DNA of 63,527 nt, the filler included, from Klebsormidium nitens (taxonomy: Eukaryota > Plantae > Klebsormidiophyceae): assembly GCA_000708835.1 (NCBI GenBank). It is 4 parts of 4 records of this genome, joined end to end, with 100 filler letters (N's around TTAATTAATTAA, not from the genome) between each part and the next. Parts side by side here need not be neighbours in the genome. Positions count along the whole stretch, not along the records: positions 1 to 25,098 come from DF237860.1; positions 25,199 to 54,259 come from DF237160.1; 2 more parts are not named here. The stretch is one strand, 5' to 3'. A program made the translations under genes and the position numbers. Under the pieces are notes generated by a model. It worked only from the letters and a program-made list of their open reading frames with translations. It searched no databases and was not told the DNA's origin. Shown one piece after another: positions 12,211 to 26,406 of this stretch; the first letter of the stretch is position 1, and each line of letters begins with the position of its first letter.

Positions 12211-15200
12211 CTACATCTCTTCGGAAATTACCACCAGAGCGTCTCCAGGCTTGAAGGCGATGGGGCTCGTTTTTGGGACAGGGTTGATAATCTGCAGGCG
12301 AGGGGGAAAGTGTTACAAAACAAGCAGCTCGCGAAACCTATCTGTGTGCGCCGACCATAACATGCCTCCTGTTGGCGAGCGACAACTGTTTTGATTCTGC
12401 TGAGGACACTCAGCGGTTGGCGCCGAACAAACCTAAACGGTCATGGTGCAGCCCAACCAGCCAAAATCGCAGAAGATGCTCACGTCATCATACACGTACA
12501 CCATGGACTAGGGCAGCGAACGCCACGACGTTTTTGTTCTTTGTGTGTCTACCTGGGCTCCATTTTACTCTCTGAATCCTCATCCAACTTGGTCAAAGTT
12601 GGAAGAAAGCAGGGCGTAGAACCAAGCATGTCAGGCTCGATGGGAATCGCCAAAAAGCAGAGCAAAGCTCACATCTTTTGAAATACACGCCAAGTCGATC
12701 TGCTTGCAAGCGGCCAGACGTCGACAAAATCTCCCACTTCAAAAGGAGAGAATCGACCTCTGAACGGTTTTTCGGGTGGCCCTCACCACTTCGGGTCCGA
12801 GCCGGTACCCGATGGCCACCTCTTTCCTGGACGCTGCCCGCTCGGCAAGGTCCTGGAAGGTGGGGGCCTCGTCGGCGCCGGCGTAGATGCTGCTGTCCTT
12901 CACGTATACTGCACTCGCAAGAGAACACCTGTCAGCACGAGGCGCGCGACCCGTCACATCGAAAACGTGTCGATGGTCTGAGTAACAGTTCCGGGAAGAA
13001 GGTTCTCGACAAGGCAGTCTGCTAAAGCCAGCAGAAAACATTCATAGGATCTGGGGGAACCGTTGCTGCTCAACCTAAGATGATAGGCCGACGAGATTCA
13101 GTCATGTTCCTTATAATCAAAGCGGATGGAGACTTCAGCTTGGAACGAGGCGTTGATCCACGTATGTAACTTATCGATATACCGGGCCTTGGCTTCAGAG
13201 TTCTAAAGGGACGTGCAGACAATCCTCAAAGAAGAGACTACAAGAAAGGTGCTTGGATGCTGCACTGAATCTCAGTGCACATAGTATCTGTACACCACTA
13301 ACTTCTGACCGCGCTTCCTACCTACTGGATTGCACTCGAGCGCCTCTTCCGTAGTCTTAGGAGACTTCAACCCCGGAAACTAACAACACAAGGCGGGCGT
13401 GGAGCGTTCACCTTCTGAGCCCCAGGAATTGAGGAGCTCCGTCCACACCGCGTTCAGCTCCCGATGCTCTGCAACTGCCAGGAGAAGATGAAGAGCAGCT
13501 TCAGCGTCACATGCGGAATTTCTTGGAAATGAATGATCAGGAACCGTCGACTCTTGAAGATCAGTTTTTTAAGCCCGCTTTGCGCATCAACCATGATTTA
13601 GAAGACGAGATTTGACTCAGAAGGAGAAGGGTCTTGCTCGAGAAGTGCAACAGGCGAACTTCGGAGGGGTCTGCCAATTGTGTTTCACATAGAATTTCCA
13701 CGGAGTCTCCGAGGCTCCTTATTGCACCCTGTCAGCACCGCAAGTGCCGACAGCGTCAACAAGCGATTTGAAATGATTTTAAGAGGAGTTGGCCTCTGCT
13801 TGAACTTTATGCGCCACAAAGGTTCTGCCCGAGTTGACATCAGCAACAGCGTGTGTGACGTGGGATGCTTGCCTTGTGACGTGAACAGCCCCATCAATTC
13901 GCTCGTGCCAATGTAACTCGCGGAGGGGTGCGCTCTAACAACCTGCAAGGACGACGTCATTGGACGGGGTCAGATATTCCTGAAAAGATGACCACGCAAG
14001 AGCTCCAGTACTCTTTTGCGCGGCTGAAATGAAGAACGAAGACGAAGACAACTCCGGACCCGGCTTGAAAGAGGCTTCAAAAGGCTGAAGGCCAAAGCGA
14101 GCAACCAGAGCAGGAGGCGAAAAGCGTCAGAAAGACAATCGTCTACCAGATGCACTTTGTCAGCCCTTGCCGCTTGCCACAGAAACATTTGCTGTCTGTC
14201 TCAAGCAAGAGAGCGGGAGGTTAGGCCTGCAATCGTCAAGCGACGGTTGAAAGCCCAGCCCCACTTTGAAAGGCAGCATGACTGAGGATTGCGTAGAGAC
14301 TCTGTGGGCGGCTAATTAGGCGGAACTTAGGGGGGCATCCCCCTCCACCAGGAGATGTTTTCGGATCCAGCACTTGCCATCGACGTCCCAATGGTTCAGG
14401 CATTTTCTGACGAGTCTGAGGCCCTAGGATAAGAGCTGTGGGGCCGCCGTACCTGATCTCCTAAACTTGAGTCCACCAGTTCGGCCGTCAAACCGACCAA
14501 CTGCAAAAGACAGCAAGGATGTTCACGGTTGTCCAAAGACGCTTGCCTGCCAAGCACAGCAATTGCGTCAGTCCGCCCTATGGCAAGCACAGAACAATCG
14601 CAACCAATATCTCTAAGGATCGACCTCGCATGAAGCAATTGAGATTGGATAGGAGTTGCGGGTGGAAAGAACTGATGTAGCTGAGGGAGCGAGCGCACTG
14701 CTTCTTGATTGCGGCAAAGGTTGTGTGTCCGAAGCTCAGGCCGACTCCGCAACCTTTTTAGATAGGTCTAGTCACGGGCCCAGTCAGTAGGGCAGACCTC
14801 ACGCAGAAATTTAAGTGGCAATATGCTGCACCGAAAACTCCTGAAGATGACGCACACAACGCCGATGGCTCGCTGTGGCTTTGACCTCGTCTATTGCCGT
14901 CTTATGTTGCACTCACCGGGAGGTTGTTCTGCCGGCAAATAGCTTCCGCCTGCAGCAACGCGAAGATGGACCGCTTGTCCGCCCGACTACCTGGAGCAGC
15001 GAAAGCAGGAATAGCAAACGCAGCAAATCCTTCCGCAAGATGCACCTTCTATCTCGAACCGATGGGCCAACGAGGTAGTCCTGCTAGTGTGCCACAAGAC
15101 GTCCAACCTAGGGTTTTCCTGGAAAAACCCTGGATCTAGAAAGTCAGAGGTCCTGCGGGTTTCTTGAGGCATCTCCTAAAGCAGCGCATAAGCCACTGGG

Positions 15201-18200
15201 TCTCTTAAGGCGAGTGTGAAAGCGACTTTTGTGCGACTCTATGGGCGTGTCAAACTCAGTACGAATCTCCTGAAAGGATGTTCTTGGTACCTTCTTGGTC
15301 CCAGGAGCTGTCGGAGATGACGGCGACGGACAACGGAAGGTTGTCCTTTTGGATCTCCTTCTGGCTTGCGGCGTCCCACCCCAGGATAGCCGCTGCTAAC
15401 TCGGGATTGGAGAGCGGGTTACCTACCTGGAAGCAAGGAAATCTGGTTAGCCTGACAGCTTAGCGATTCAGGTTGTCAATCTGACAACAAACCCCATCAT
15501 TGAAGCTGGAATTAAGGCAGAGAGAGTTTAATAGCAGTTCCGGACTGCTGCAATCATTGACAATAAAAGGAATCAGAAGCCTCTTCAGGGGCTGAACTGC
15601 CAAAAGATTTCCCATCTTTGTATTTGAGGTGCCAGTTGGCTGCAAAGCAGCCGAGGGAGTCGGTTTCGGAGGCTCACTCTATGCGTGACCTTGATGTTCC
15701 GGAGGTTTTTGATCTCTTGCATGACGAGCATGCGTTTCTCCAGGGGGGTATCGGACAGTATCACCTGCACAGGTGCCGGCTTGTCGGTCAGATTGAGCAT
15801 GCTAAGTCATATTTGCAAGGGCGACTTTACACTCTCAAAACGGCTCCAGAGTAGTCTTGCTTGTGGGCCCCCGCGAATTCAGAAGAACAGACAATGAAAC
15901 ACCAACTGTAGAGCAAGTTCAGTAAACAAAGTGCGGATCTTAGAAGCAATCAGCAGAGGCCATCCCTTTTCCCCCTGGTCATCTGCATGTCAATATGGTA
16001 AAGCAACTTGCGGACCAATATAACCAAGCTAGTAAATCTATGTGGCCACGCTTGCTAAGTTGCTAGCAACATGCCACAGGCTGTTTAACGAGCCTGCAAC
16101 AGAGCAGAAAGCTTCCTCATTCCGGTCTCAAAAACTTCACTAGTATAAGTCAGAAGAAAATTCATCTTCAACGAGGAAATTGCCAAAAAGCAGATCCTTC
16201 TCCCTTTGCCATCCCTACAAACACGCCTCTCTCACCCGCTCTTTAGTATCGCTCCAGATACGAATTGCAAGCTTACAAGGTCGACCCCGCCAAAGCTGCT
16301 GCTGTTCTGGTGCTTTTGCAAAGCACTCTCCCTGTCCTCACCAGTTCGCTGCCCGCTCCCAGGTAATCGTCGTACTCTTGTGCCATCTCCGCAACGCCCG
16401 GCCTCCAGCCACACAGCAACACGCGCTCACGAGGGGGGCCAATACCAGAGACCGCCTGCACCCAAAAAGTCCGACAGTAAATACGGTGAACCGCACCGTG
16501 TCCATCTTCCGGGAATATTTTCTGACGCTCACAAATGCACTGAACTCCCCCCACAAATGTGTCTACCGAGCGGACCGGTGCGAAAAGGCAGCTCTTGAAG
16601 GGAGGTTTTCCCCTGCTCCGTTATCATCACAAGAACGGGGTGGGGGAATATCAGCTAAGAACCCCGTCGCATCCACCTTCATTTCACCCATTGATTTCGC
16701 GTCGGCCCTTATCTGCGGCCATTTTCCAAAGTGAAGGATGCCTCGTGCTACAAAATCTCTTTCTCACAACCAGCCAGTTTCATCGCGCAAGACCCACCTT
16801 GGAGCCCTTGAGCTGGTGCCGGCGGGGCAGCGTCTCCGCCGCGTTCTGCAGCACGGCGTCTGTCTCTGTGTCCTGAGAGCACGCCTTGAGAGCGTCCAGC
16901 CGCGCCGCCAACGCATCGGGGACATGTCGATGCGTATGCTTGGGGGCAATCACCATCAACTGAAAAAAATACCACAGGGAAGCTCAGCTCAAGGAATTGT
17001 GACGGGGCTCTCGGGTGTTGTCAAACGATGGATGTCTGGACAAGAGCAACTGAATCCGCTGCCCAGCCGAGTGAGAAGAGGAAAAGAGACGCACTTCAGA
17101 GCGGAAACAGGTTTTCTCCTTTCGAACGCAGGGCAGTCAATGAGGTGAAGAGATGACAGTAAGGGACTGATCTGAGACATCTCGGAAATCTTTACCGGAG
17201 GTTCGCTATCGAACCCATCTGTCAGAATTGACATGCTGGCGCAGAAGCAAGCTTCTCAACGAGGCTAAGAAGTAGTGGGCTCAGCAGATGCACACTGACA
17301 TAAAGTCTCGTTGTAGAAATCGAAAAGCACACTGGCGAGCACACAGGTCTCCTTCAAAGACGCGCCGCGTGGCTCACCTTGTCCATTCCTTCGAGCTTCA
17401 CGTTGTCCTTTGGGTGGAAGTGCACATGCCCGTCCCGGATAATGCCGCAGATGACGGCCTGAACGCAGATAGATGACGTCAGCCTTTGCCGCGTGACTTG
17501 ACAATGAAAAACACGACACCGGGACGAGGACGACAACAAAGCGAACTCTCACCAGATTGCCGCTCATGGGTTCACGATGGACGATAGGAAAACCTAGACG
17601 AGTACAATTCCAAGAAAAAGTCTTACCACCCTGATCGATTCTATAAGGTTCAACGTGAGCCTTCTTCATGGAAGGGCAGCGTGCTTGTCGAACATCTCGC
17701 AATCGTGAGGGTCAAAGCTTCACCTCCGTGAAGCCCCTTCTGACATCTCGGTACTTGACACGGGCGAGCTGGGGGTAGTTGCGGATGTTGATGACCTCGT
17801 CTGCAGTACACGAAATGACCAAATCTCAACCCAGCCCAAAAGACCCCTCACCTCGCATCAGTCGCCGCTGATGATAGTTTGGTAACATGGTAATCATTGG
17901 GTGACAAAACCCGCGAGTCGAAGCCAAGAACCGCACGCAGCACCTCAGGAGCAACACAATGACGGCATGCTACTTACACCGCGCAAAGCGAGAATCTCAC
18001 GCACTAGCTCAGAGCAACACGATAAGAGCATGTTATTCCCACCATAAATATCCACAACGAGCTAATATGTGTGGCTACGGTGGTCACCTTCGTGGTCCAT
18101 GAGCTTGCGGTAGACGTCGATGAGCTTGCCCTGGCGCGTGCACTGCACAAACAGCTTGGCCGCCAGGTTCTGGACGGGGTGCACGTCCATGCTGCCCAAA

Positions 18201-21200
18201 CTCTTCACCAGGTCGATCGTGCTCGGCTTGGTTACCTGCGAGTCGCAGCGGATTAAGGACGGGTTACGAAGGGGTTTGTTTGGTAGGGAAGACTCTGCGT
18301 GGGTGATTGTGTTACCAGAGCTTCACGAATCGAACGTACTCGACTTCGTCAGTTGCAAACGAGGTGGGGTTAAGCCGGGCTTTACCTGGAGGATGAGAGG
18401 ATCGGTTTGCGGAAGCTGCCGGTTTTAACGACCATTTTCCACCAAGTTGCGTCAACCTGAACCTGGTAAGATTCAAACAGCAGCTTGAAGGACCGGGTAT
18501 CAGAATCCTTATTAAGCATCTGGCATGGCTCCCTTCTTTTAAAGAGGGATGGCTAAGTCGGTACACACAGAGGCATAGTGGGCCGCTATTTTCGAGAGCG
18601 ACGCCTTGCCTCGACAATGATTTTGGACTCCTCCACCTCGTCCAGGACAGGGCGCAGCGCGAGGATGCTCATGACGGCCGACGCATCGGCTTCAAACCTG
18701 CACAAGACGCACGACTTATCAGAAAATGGCGAAACAAGGTGTTTTGAGTGGCGGGGAACGCCGAAAAGCTGCGGCACCACATTGAGACATTGAGCTGGAA
18801 TGATGGACCTTGAGTGTCCCTTGCCATCCTACTATACATGTTTTTCCTGAACCTGCTTCGCATGGCCTTGCGCTCTTTTAATTGCGCACGTTGCCAAGTC
18901 TAGTTGCTCCCTCGCCAGGGATAGCTCCACGACAAAGTGAAAACGATTGCTCAGGGGGAGGACAGCTTTGGAAGGAGGGCCGGCTCTCAAGCGGCGACGG
19001 TTTGCTTTTGAAGAGCACATGGTGCCTAGAGTCCGGCGGCCTTCGTCTCATTGGCCATAGATCAACCCATCCTGCACCCGTCAACGACCTGCAGGCTGCT
19101 TCTCATGTGGATCACACAGCCGACGACGACGAACGAAACGTCAGCGTCGTTTAGAAATGACGAGGCCTGTCGACGAAGGCTGCGTCGCTCACTGGTCGCT
19201 GCAGGTCTGCAGGAGGATAACCGCGGACGCCTTGTCCGCAGCAACGCGTCCGAAGGAGTGGGAGTTGCTCAAGCTGCCGCTGCAGGATGACAGGACGGTG
19301 ACGTCAGCTTCTACAGACACGTGTACGAGCCCGGGCCACAGTTGATGGGGTGTGAAACTCAAAAGCAAAAGACCTTCCGACGCAACTATCCTAATTTTGA
19401 ACGCATATCGAATCTTACATATTTTTGGAGAATGAAGACGCATTCTGAAGACGGACTGTCAAGGAAGACAGAGGCTTGAGCACCAACAGGCGGTCGGCTA
19501 CCAGTCAGATTTGCACTCCTCCAAATTTTGACTATCAGAAAAGATCTTGAAGGCCTGTGTCTGGACCACGCTTCCAAGAAGGGGGGATGTACGCTACCAC
19601 TTATCAATGGGGTTCGAGAATCATTTCCTCATCATCGTGGCAGGGGTTGAACAAGGCACCCGCACCTTCGTGTTAGAATGTCCAGCTGTGGGCACTCAGC
19701 CGCATACGACTGGACCAGCTTGTCGGCCCTGGCACGGTTGTGCTCCGACAACAGAAGCACCGTCTGGCGCCTGCATCCAATCACCAGTTAGTGGCTGCAA
19801 AAAACGTACTCCACTTTCCGGCGCAAACTACTTGAAGGTGCTCCGCTCCGGGGTCCAGCCATTTGGTCCGCCCACAGTAAACGTGCGACGCTCGGCATGC
19901 AAGACGTCAGAAGGACATGCATGCCGCCGCAGAGAGTGCCGACGTTTCAGATCGAGCCTACGGATGCCAGAACGACAGTCGGAAGTGCCACAAGCACGAC
20001 TGACCTCTCAGCACAACTGGTGTTGTGTGGCAGAGGAAGATAAAGTTTGTCCAAAAAGAAATTCCAGCTCCAAACGGGCCACCCACTCAACACCGGAACT
20101 CCAGGTTCACTACAGACCCCCAACTTAAGATGAAATGTTCCACAGATCCCCACAGAAAAACCCTTAAGCAGCGCAAAGATTCAGAAGCAGAAAGGCTCTT
20201 CACCTGGTCTTAGCGGCACCGTCCCTGATCTTGAATTCGTGCGACTTGCTGAGCTGGCGCAGCAACGGGAGAAGGTGATCGTTGGTACCGGCCACCACGA
20301 TGTGATCCCGCTCCATCACCTTTGTATGCGCGCCCTCCCGCAGCCACTCCATGCGGCTCTGCAACCAGGCGCGTTTTTGCTGAGAGTTCGGCTTTTAACC
20401 TTATTTTTGCGCCTCTGTTCTCACAAGCGCAGTCTTGAGTCTTTTGACTTTCTGTGACGTCAAATTCGCGGATCACACAAGTGAACACAACCACACATTC
20501 CAAGTCTACGTTTAACTCGTTTGAGTGACCACGCAGGGTTTGTTCGTGGAACGAATTACAAGAGAAGTAAGGGGGAGTTGTCTCACAGTTCCAGGGCTCT
20601 CTGAAACCTCTAAGCGACGAAGGGCACAGGGTCGACTCACTTTGAACGATGCGGTCATAGTACTGGTGAGCAACGAGTAGCAGAAAAGCCCCCCCAGGGC
20701 GAGCATCAAACCGACCGCCCGACCACTGAAGCTCTTCTCCTGCACCGAAGAAACACATACGGTTCAAAAGCAAGCGCTGGTCTACATGATTCTACGAGCT
20801 CTGCTTGACATAGCAGCCAGGAGGGAGATATGTCTAATACCATCAGTGCTCAGACTCTCTGACAATGGCGTAGAGATTCGCAATCTGGGCAAAAGTGCAC
20901 CCTTTCCAGGTTCTAAGACCGGAGATGAGGTGAAACAGGCTATATAGAAGTCTCGTTCATTAGATTCGTACGTGGATGTTTACGAGCCCGGGCGATTCAG
21001 GGGCCACCTTGTGTTTCAAATAACGACAACTTTGAGCAGTTTTGAATCGCAGCAGCGGGACTCTGGCCAGTATATTCAAGGTCACAGCACTGACCTTTAC
21101 GTGGCTACTAGACGCGCACAGGCAGCTCCAGGCGTCCCACACGCTATCGCCAAGGCTCTTGCGACGGTGATCCCTGCGAGCGGCAAATAAAAAACCAATC

Positions 21201-22211
21201 TAACCAGGCGCCAGATTTGAATCTGGAAGGGACTCGTCAGGAGACAAGATTCACTGAGCTCGCGTGCAGACGGAAGACTGCAGTCGCAAATCCATACCCG
21301 TTGGTGGCTGTGTCCCCGTCCCGACGCGACGTTTGGCACAACGGTATGAGCGCTTCTCACCTGAAGTGGTTGAACATGACGCCTCCTGCGAACACGAGGG
21401 ACATGCAGATGGCAAACAGCAGCAGCGTGTACCTGCACATCAGAAAACGACGCTGAGTCTCGCCGAGTCAAGATGCCTGGAATTTGCTCCGTTTTCCTTG
21501 CCCGATCAGTCACCACTCGCTGATGGCAGATAAAGGGCTAATGTGCATTTCTTCGGCAGACCGGTAGGGAGCCGTGCGTCTTGGGTTGTTTGGCCACCGT
21601 TGGCTGGTCTTATCCCTCGTTCTGGCCCCCACCAAGCTGATTTTCCCATGTGCATAGCAACATGTGAGAAACTTCGGTATTTCCAATATCCCCAATAGCG
21701 TCACCAAGCGCCTCCAGATTCTCGACTCTTCTGGGTGAGGCATACCAGCTCGTGACCAGCTCTTTCCGCCTTTCCTGTTAGAAAAGACTACTGATTGTCC
21801 CAGCCAAAAGAAAGTCCAACTGATAAGAGATGGTAGTCGTGAATTGATGGCAACAACTGGGAAGAAAGCCCGTTCAAAGAAAAAGGCGACAAAACCTGCC
21901 CGAGAATCTTACGTGAAGGGGTGCTTCTCCAGCAGCACATCTGCCAGGTACGACACCCTTCCCAGGTACCACTCTGCTGAGGGCCAGCTGAGCGCAGCCG
22001 CAAAGGCTGCCGCAAAAGAATGGATCGGCAGCCGCTCGCCCGGGGGGTTTGGATACACGGTCTGGAGGGAGGGGGGCTGGCTGGCAAAGACCGCAGCGGC
22101 TGCTGAGGCAAAGATGGAAGCGGCTGCTAGGCGGCGGGTCAGGACAACTAGGGTGGGGAGGGCGACAAGGATGGTGAAGGCCAGGAACGAGAAAAGAGCG
22201 AAGTTGGGGCC
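12211..22211 (-). CDS. PEC1: POLLUX-like / plastid envelope ion channel (PEC, CASTOR/POLLUX superfamily); multi-exon, 5' end not resolved
   Basis: Ordered exons give [31 protein letters not shown] (pore), [142 protein letters not shown]...EVAIGY and a last exon 12211-12291 IINPVPK...LVVISEEM*. These match recalled Arabidopsis POLLUX-like/PEC motifs. Confidence 0.9.
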
Positions 22212-24772
22212 CTGCAAGACAGTGGAGCACGAACATCAGCGCTTGACATACATTTCGCAGCAGTTTGGCCGGTGGTCCTTGAAGAGGGCGTCACAGGACC
22301 GGTCCTACATGACGTCAGCCGCGTACGGCGAATTTCGATCGCGCCACGATTCTGCCCGTGTGACGTTGAAATTCAAAACTGTTGTGAGCCCGATCTGCGC
22401 GGCGTGCGGAAAAAGAGAAAAAGTTGCTCCGGCCAAGTTTCAATCGCTTGATTTCTCGGCGAAGGTTGAGCGCGCTTGCCAGTTGTGCTAGAAATCTGTG
22501 TGCGCCCGAGTTGGAGCGGAAAGTCACCGCTCGGGCCGGTACATGAACTCTGACGCCCTCTTTAACGAAGGATGCGACAGGGCGATATCGCCTTTTGGCT
22601 TCAAGATTTGGTTTTCAAGCAAACTTTGGGAGGGGGTCTTATGAAGGGGCCACCAAAAAGTCCAAACGATCCAGCCAAAAAAGGGAGCCAGCCTCATCAA
22701 CTGAGAAGAGGCAAGATTCTGCATGGAGGGCCCAAGTGATCTGGTGGCTGGAACATGGAGAAACAACATTACTTCCAAGTCATGGTGTGTGTGGGCTCCA
22801 CACCGATTGCTTTACGCTTTTGGATCTTCGTAACTTTCAGATTCTGAAAAATTTTGGGGGGATCTAAACTTGGACACCGCTTGGGACATGCACCTGGCTC
22901 TCCTGAACTTCGAAGCATTTGCTAGGGCCCTTCTAGCGACGGGGAAAAAGAACAGGAAAAAAGGTTGGCTGTGACAGAGCAAAGTATCACTTACCAGGGA
23001 CCTCGGATCTCTTGCCCCATGAACGTCTGGGTCACTGGGCTGTGCTCCATCCGGTGTCAACTCCTCCTCTGGCGTTGGATTCGGTTCAGACGCAAACTTG
23101 CCGTCAGCGGCAGCGCACTTTGTTTGCGCACGTCTGCCGAATCCTGCTCTGCGTTGATTGGACGCAGGACCGATGGACGGGTGGTGCGATCTTTGGAAGT
23201 TTGCTCTCCTGCTACAGTCTGCAGAGAAGTCAACGGAAAACTTAAGGAATCCTGGGTAGATATTGAAAAGTGTTGCGCTGATTGGTCAATAACAACTGTC
23301 CATACTCCAGAAACAAGGGGCTCAGAAATGATAGGGGCTGCCTTGCAATCGGTGGTGGTCAAAAGCTTACAAGATCTCAACGTCCTATGGAGTACGGGGG
23401 AACAAGGTTTTGTTGGCCCAACTTTATTCTCACCAGAAGGCCGGGCGGTGCGCGACCTTGCATTTCTGTGGTCGCTGCAGCAGAAGGGAACAACAATCAG
23501 GCGATCTCTGCATGACTACGAACGACAATCCCTCTAGGATCGCCCAGTGATATTTTCCTCGGCCAGATCCTGAACAGTTCAAAACTACATGCGTATGCGC
23601 AACAGACATTTCGTTTTAGGACCATCAAATGAGTGTCAGAACGATTGGAGACGGAGGAGACTCCAATACAGCAAGTTGCACCAAAAGACCACCTCTTGAG
23701 GGTACACTAGTTGCAGGAGAGCAAAATTGAAACAGACATGCCCGGCCATCGATCACCGCCATCCTCAAAAGAGCCAGCTCCGTAAGACTTTGTCAAGAAT
23801 ATGGCCATAATTCTGAGCCAGGACAGCAGCAGCATTCAGAAGAGATATCGCGAAGCACAGAAAGTGAACACATTGCTCACGAGATATTGCTTTTCCTCCT
23901 CAGTTCACAGAATTGGAGCAACTGTCCCCGCACTGCAAGACTGCCCCCGAACCCTGGGCATGAGCCGTTTCGTGGCTGCCTTGCGTACACCACCTGCTTC
24001 CCAAGGCCTCTGGTGACTTGCCAATATGCTCGGGGGCATGCAAGAGTCGCCATGACAAGTGTCGACTTATGATTGTCCGAGTGCTACCCGGCAAAACTGA
24101 ATCCCATGTTTTAGGAAGAGCTTGGTGAGCAATCATGCGCACTTTGCACTTTGAGATCCGTCAGATGTTGGGGACTCTACTCCCCTGCCTCTGCATCCAA
24201 CAGTTGCAAATTCCGCTTCAAACAGCGTGCTTGTGTCAAAGGCGAAATATTGACAAGAAGCGCGCAGGAGGTTGACAATGATATGCTAACTGCACGGCGT
24301 ATGGACATTGTAACTCCGGCGCTGCTGCCACCAGAGGGCTGCTGCCCCACAAATCATGCAGATTGGTCAAAACAGAACGTCTCCAGCCGCTGCTCATCCT
24401 GCCGCCTGGGCTCAAGCAATGCGGCCGACTCATTCTTCTGACTGAAGTTCTGTCTTGGTGGCATGCAGCTGGCGCGAGGATGGCGCGCTATTGCGACGCG
24501 CGGCCGCAGCTGACTCTGCCATGCTTCCCGCGCGGCGCCGGCCGGGCCGCCGCGGCGCCGAGCTGAGCCCGGTGACGGTATTAGTACGTACCATCGGTCC
24601 GAATTACCGTTACGTCGCACACGGGGCTTCATCAAAAAGGAGAATGGTCAATCTTTCGGTCACTATCTAACACATCAGAAGTTGATTTCTAATGGTGGAC
24701 CTTTTTTCATTTCAGATATCGTCAGGAAGTTTGAGTACGGCGGCAGTATAAAATTGACTTTTCTGGAGGAAC

Positions 24773-25098
24773 GTGAACTGCGGGCGAAGTACGATGCCAA
24801 TATTGCAAAACTTGAAAGTATTGGTCTCACTCATTGAATGCATTCCGCTCGGCTGGCGCGCCATTATTTCTACCAAGGTGAGACAGCCTTTTGCACAGCA
24901 TGATTGGATCGTTGAAAGGAGATATGTGCAGCATCCTACTACTCGCTATCCGGCATTTGTATACCGTGTAGCACAATGTCTGTCTGGGAAGGTCATTGCT
25001 CTCAAATTTACAATCGACCCTGCAAATGCAATGATTCGCCGAATCTCGCCCGAAACGCATGCTACACTATCTAAAGCTCATATAGTCAAAGCTTCGAA
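24773..25098 (+). other. Open frame truncated by a contig end; possibly a retroelement fragment
   Basis: ORF ...IPLGWRAII...PAFVYRV... runs into the gap. No diagnostic motif seen. Confidence 0.2.
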
Positions 25099-25198
25099 NN
25101 NNNNNNNNNNNNNNNNNNNNNNNNNNNNNNNNNNNNNNNNNNTTAATTAATTAANNNNNNNNNNNNNNNNNNNNNNNNNNNNNNNNNNNNNNNNNNNN
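25099..25198. other. Artificial contig linker (N-TTAATTAATTAA-N)
   Basis: TTAATTAATTAA at 25143-25154 embedded in a 100-nt N block. It gives stops in all six frames and is identical to the two other linkers. Confidence 0.95.
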
Positions 25199-26406
25199 CA
25201 ATGCGCTCGGCCATGGCTGGCAACGACACGTCCACTGAATGCTGGAGCACACACAATGCTAGGTCTTCCTGAGCTGATGGATTCAAGTACTAACTTAGCG
25301 GGTATTGACCACCCACAGACATTGAAGTGCCCGCCTTGCAATCGAGCTCATATCCGTTCTGCACCAACTCCTTCCCAAAGCTCTGCTTGATTTCTGCTTC
25401 CAGCTTCTGCGGTGTGCTGCCGGCCCACAGAGCGGCGCCCCTGCCCTCAAGTTTTATCGGCCAAAATAGCGGGCTTGGCACACTTTGCATGTTAACGGCC
25501 GCCGCCATTTCAGCGCATGAAAACACCACAGCCCATACCACGTTGAGCTGTGGAGAAGCTTTGAACGGGCCTGCAAAAATCATTTAGCGCACTGCTACAG
25601 CCTTTTCGCCTGCTTTTCGTCCGTTTACTTTTGCTCGGGACCGCTCTATCCTCCTGTTTTAGAGCGTACCATTCAATGGCCGCCCTTTCCTTCTTGAAGC
25701 TAGCTTCCTCTTTTCTTCAAGTGACCGGTCCTAGACCTAGAGGTCCCGCTACCTTGAATCGTTACCGTCACCGTTTCCGGTCTCAGACTAGGAAATAGGC
25801 CCGCTTTTTATTTGGCAAAAATCGAAAGCGGCAGTTAACGGCACAAAAAACGTCGCAGAAACCGTCACAGATTTGGCCGGCCGGGGGCCTGCAATTCGTG
25901 TTTTGGCCCACCATTTACACCCACGCTAGTTACTTGAACTGTTAGGTGGCAATTTTGGGCGTGCCTTGGCCCTCGACAAAGAATCGCAACCGCATATCGC
26001 TAGCTGCATGAGAAAACGAAAGTAGCCCCTTTTATTAAAGCTCTTTACGTTCCATCATGTGGAAGAAGCTAGGGCCGAAGTTCGTGAAAGCGTGCCGCAG
26101 ACGCGGCCCGCAACACGCGCATATAACTGGTTGAGCGGTTAATAACCATGCAACCGTATGAACATACGTACCTGTAAGCTCATAAACAGTGTATGTTGAA
26201 GGCGCCCATTCAAACGGATGAACAATCAAGTTCAAACATCTAGTCATACGTGTGGCAAACGAGCCACTTCTATTAAGCTCCTTATAAATTCAACTCGTCA
26301 TGCGTAATGCCCGTTCATGTGTGCGTGTCAAACACGCGGGGCACACGCATACGTTTGTTGAGCAATAACCATGCAACTTCATGCACGTAGCTAAGCTCAC
26401 ATAAAG

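Noticed and set aside
21844-22491. 215-aa plus-strand ORF
   Set aside because: Antisense shadow of a PEC-like exon; no motif. The same applies to 19547-20128.
25143-25154. TTAATTAATTAA palindrome recurring three times (also 54304 and 60352)
   Set aside because: Always centred in a 100-nt N block and giving six-frame stops: an assembly linker, not a biological site.
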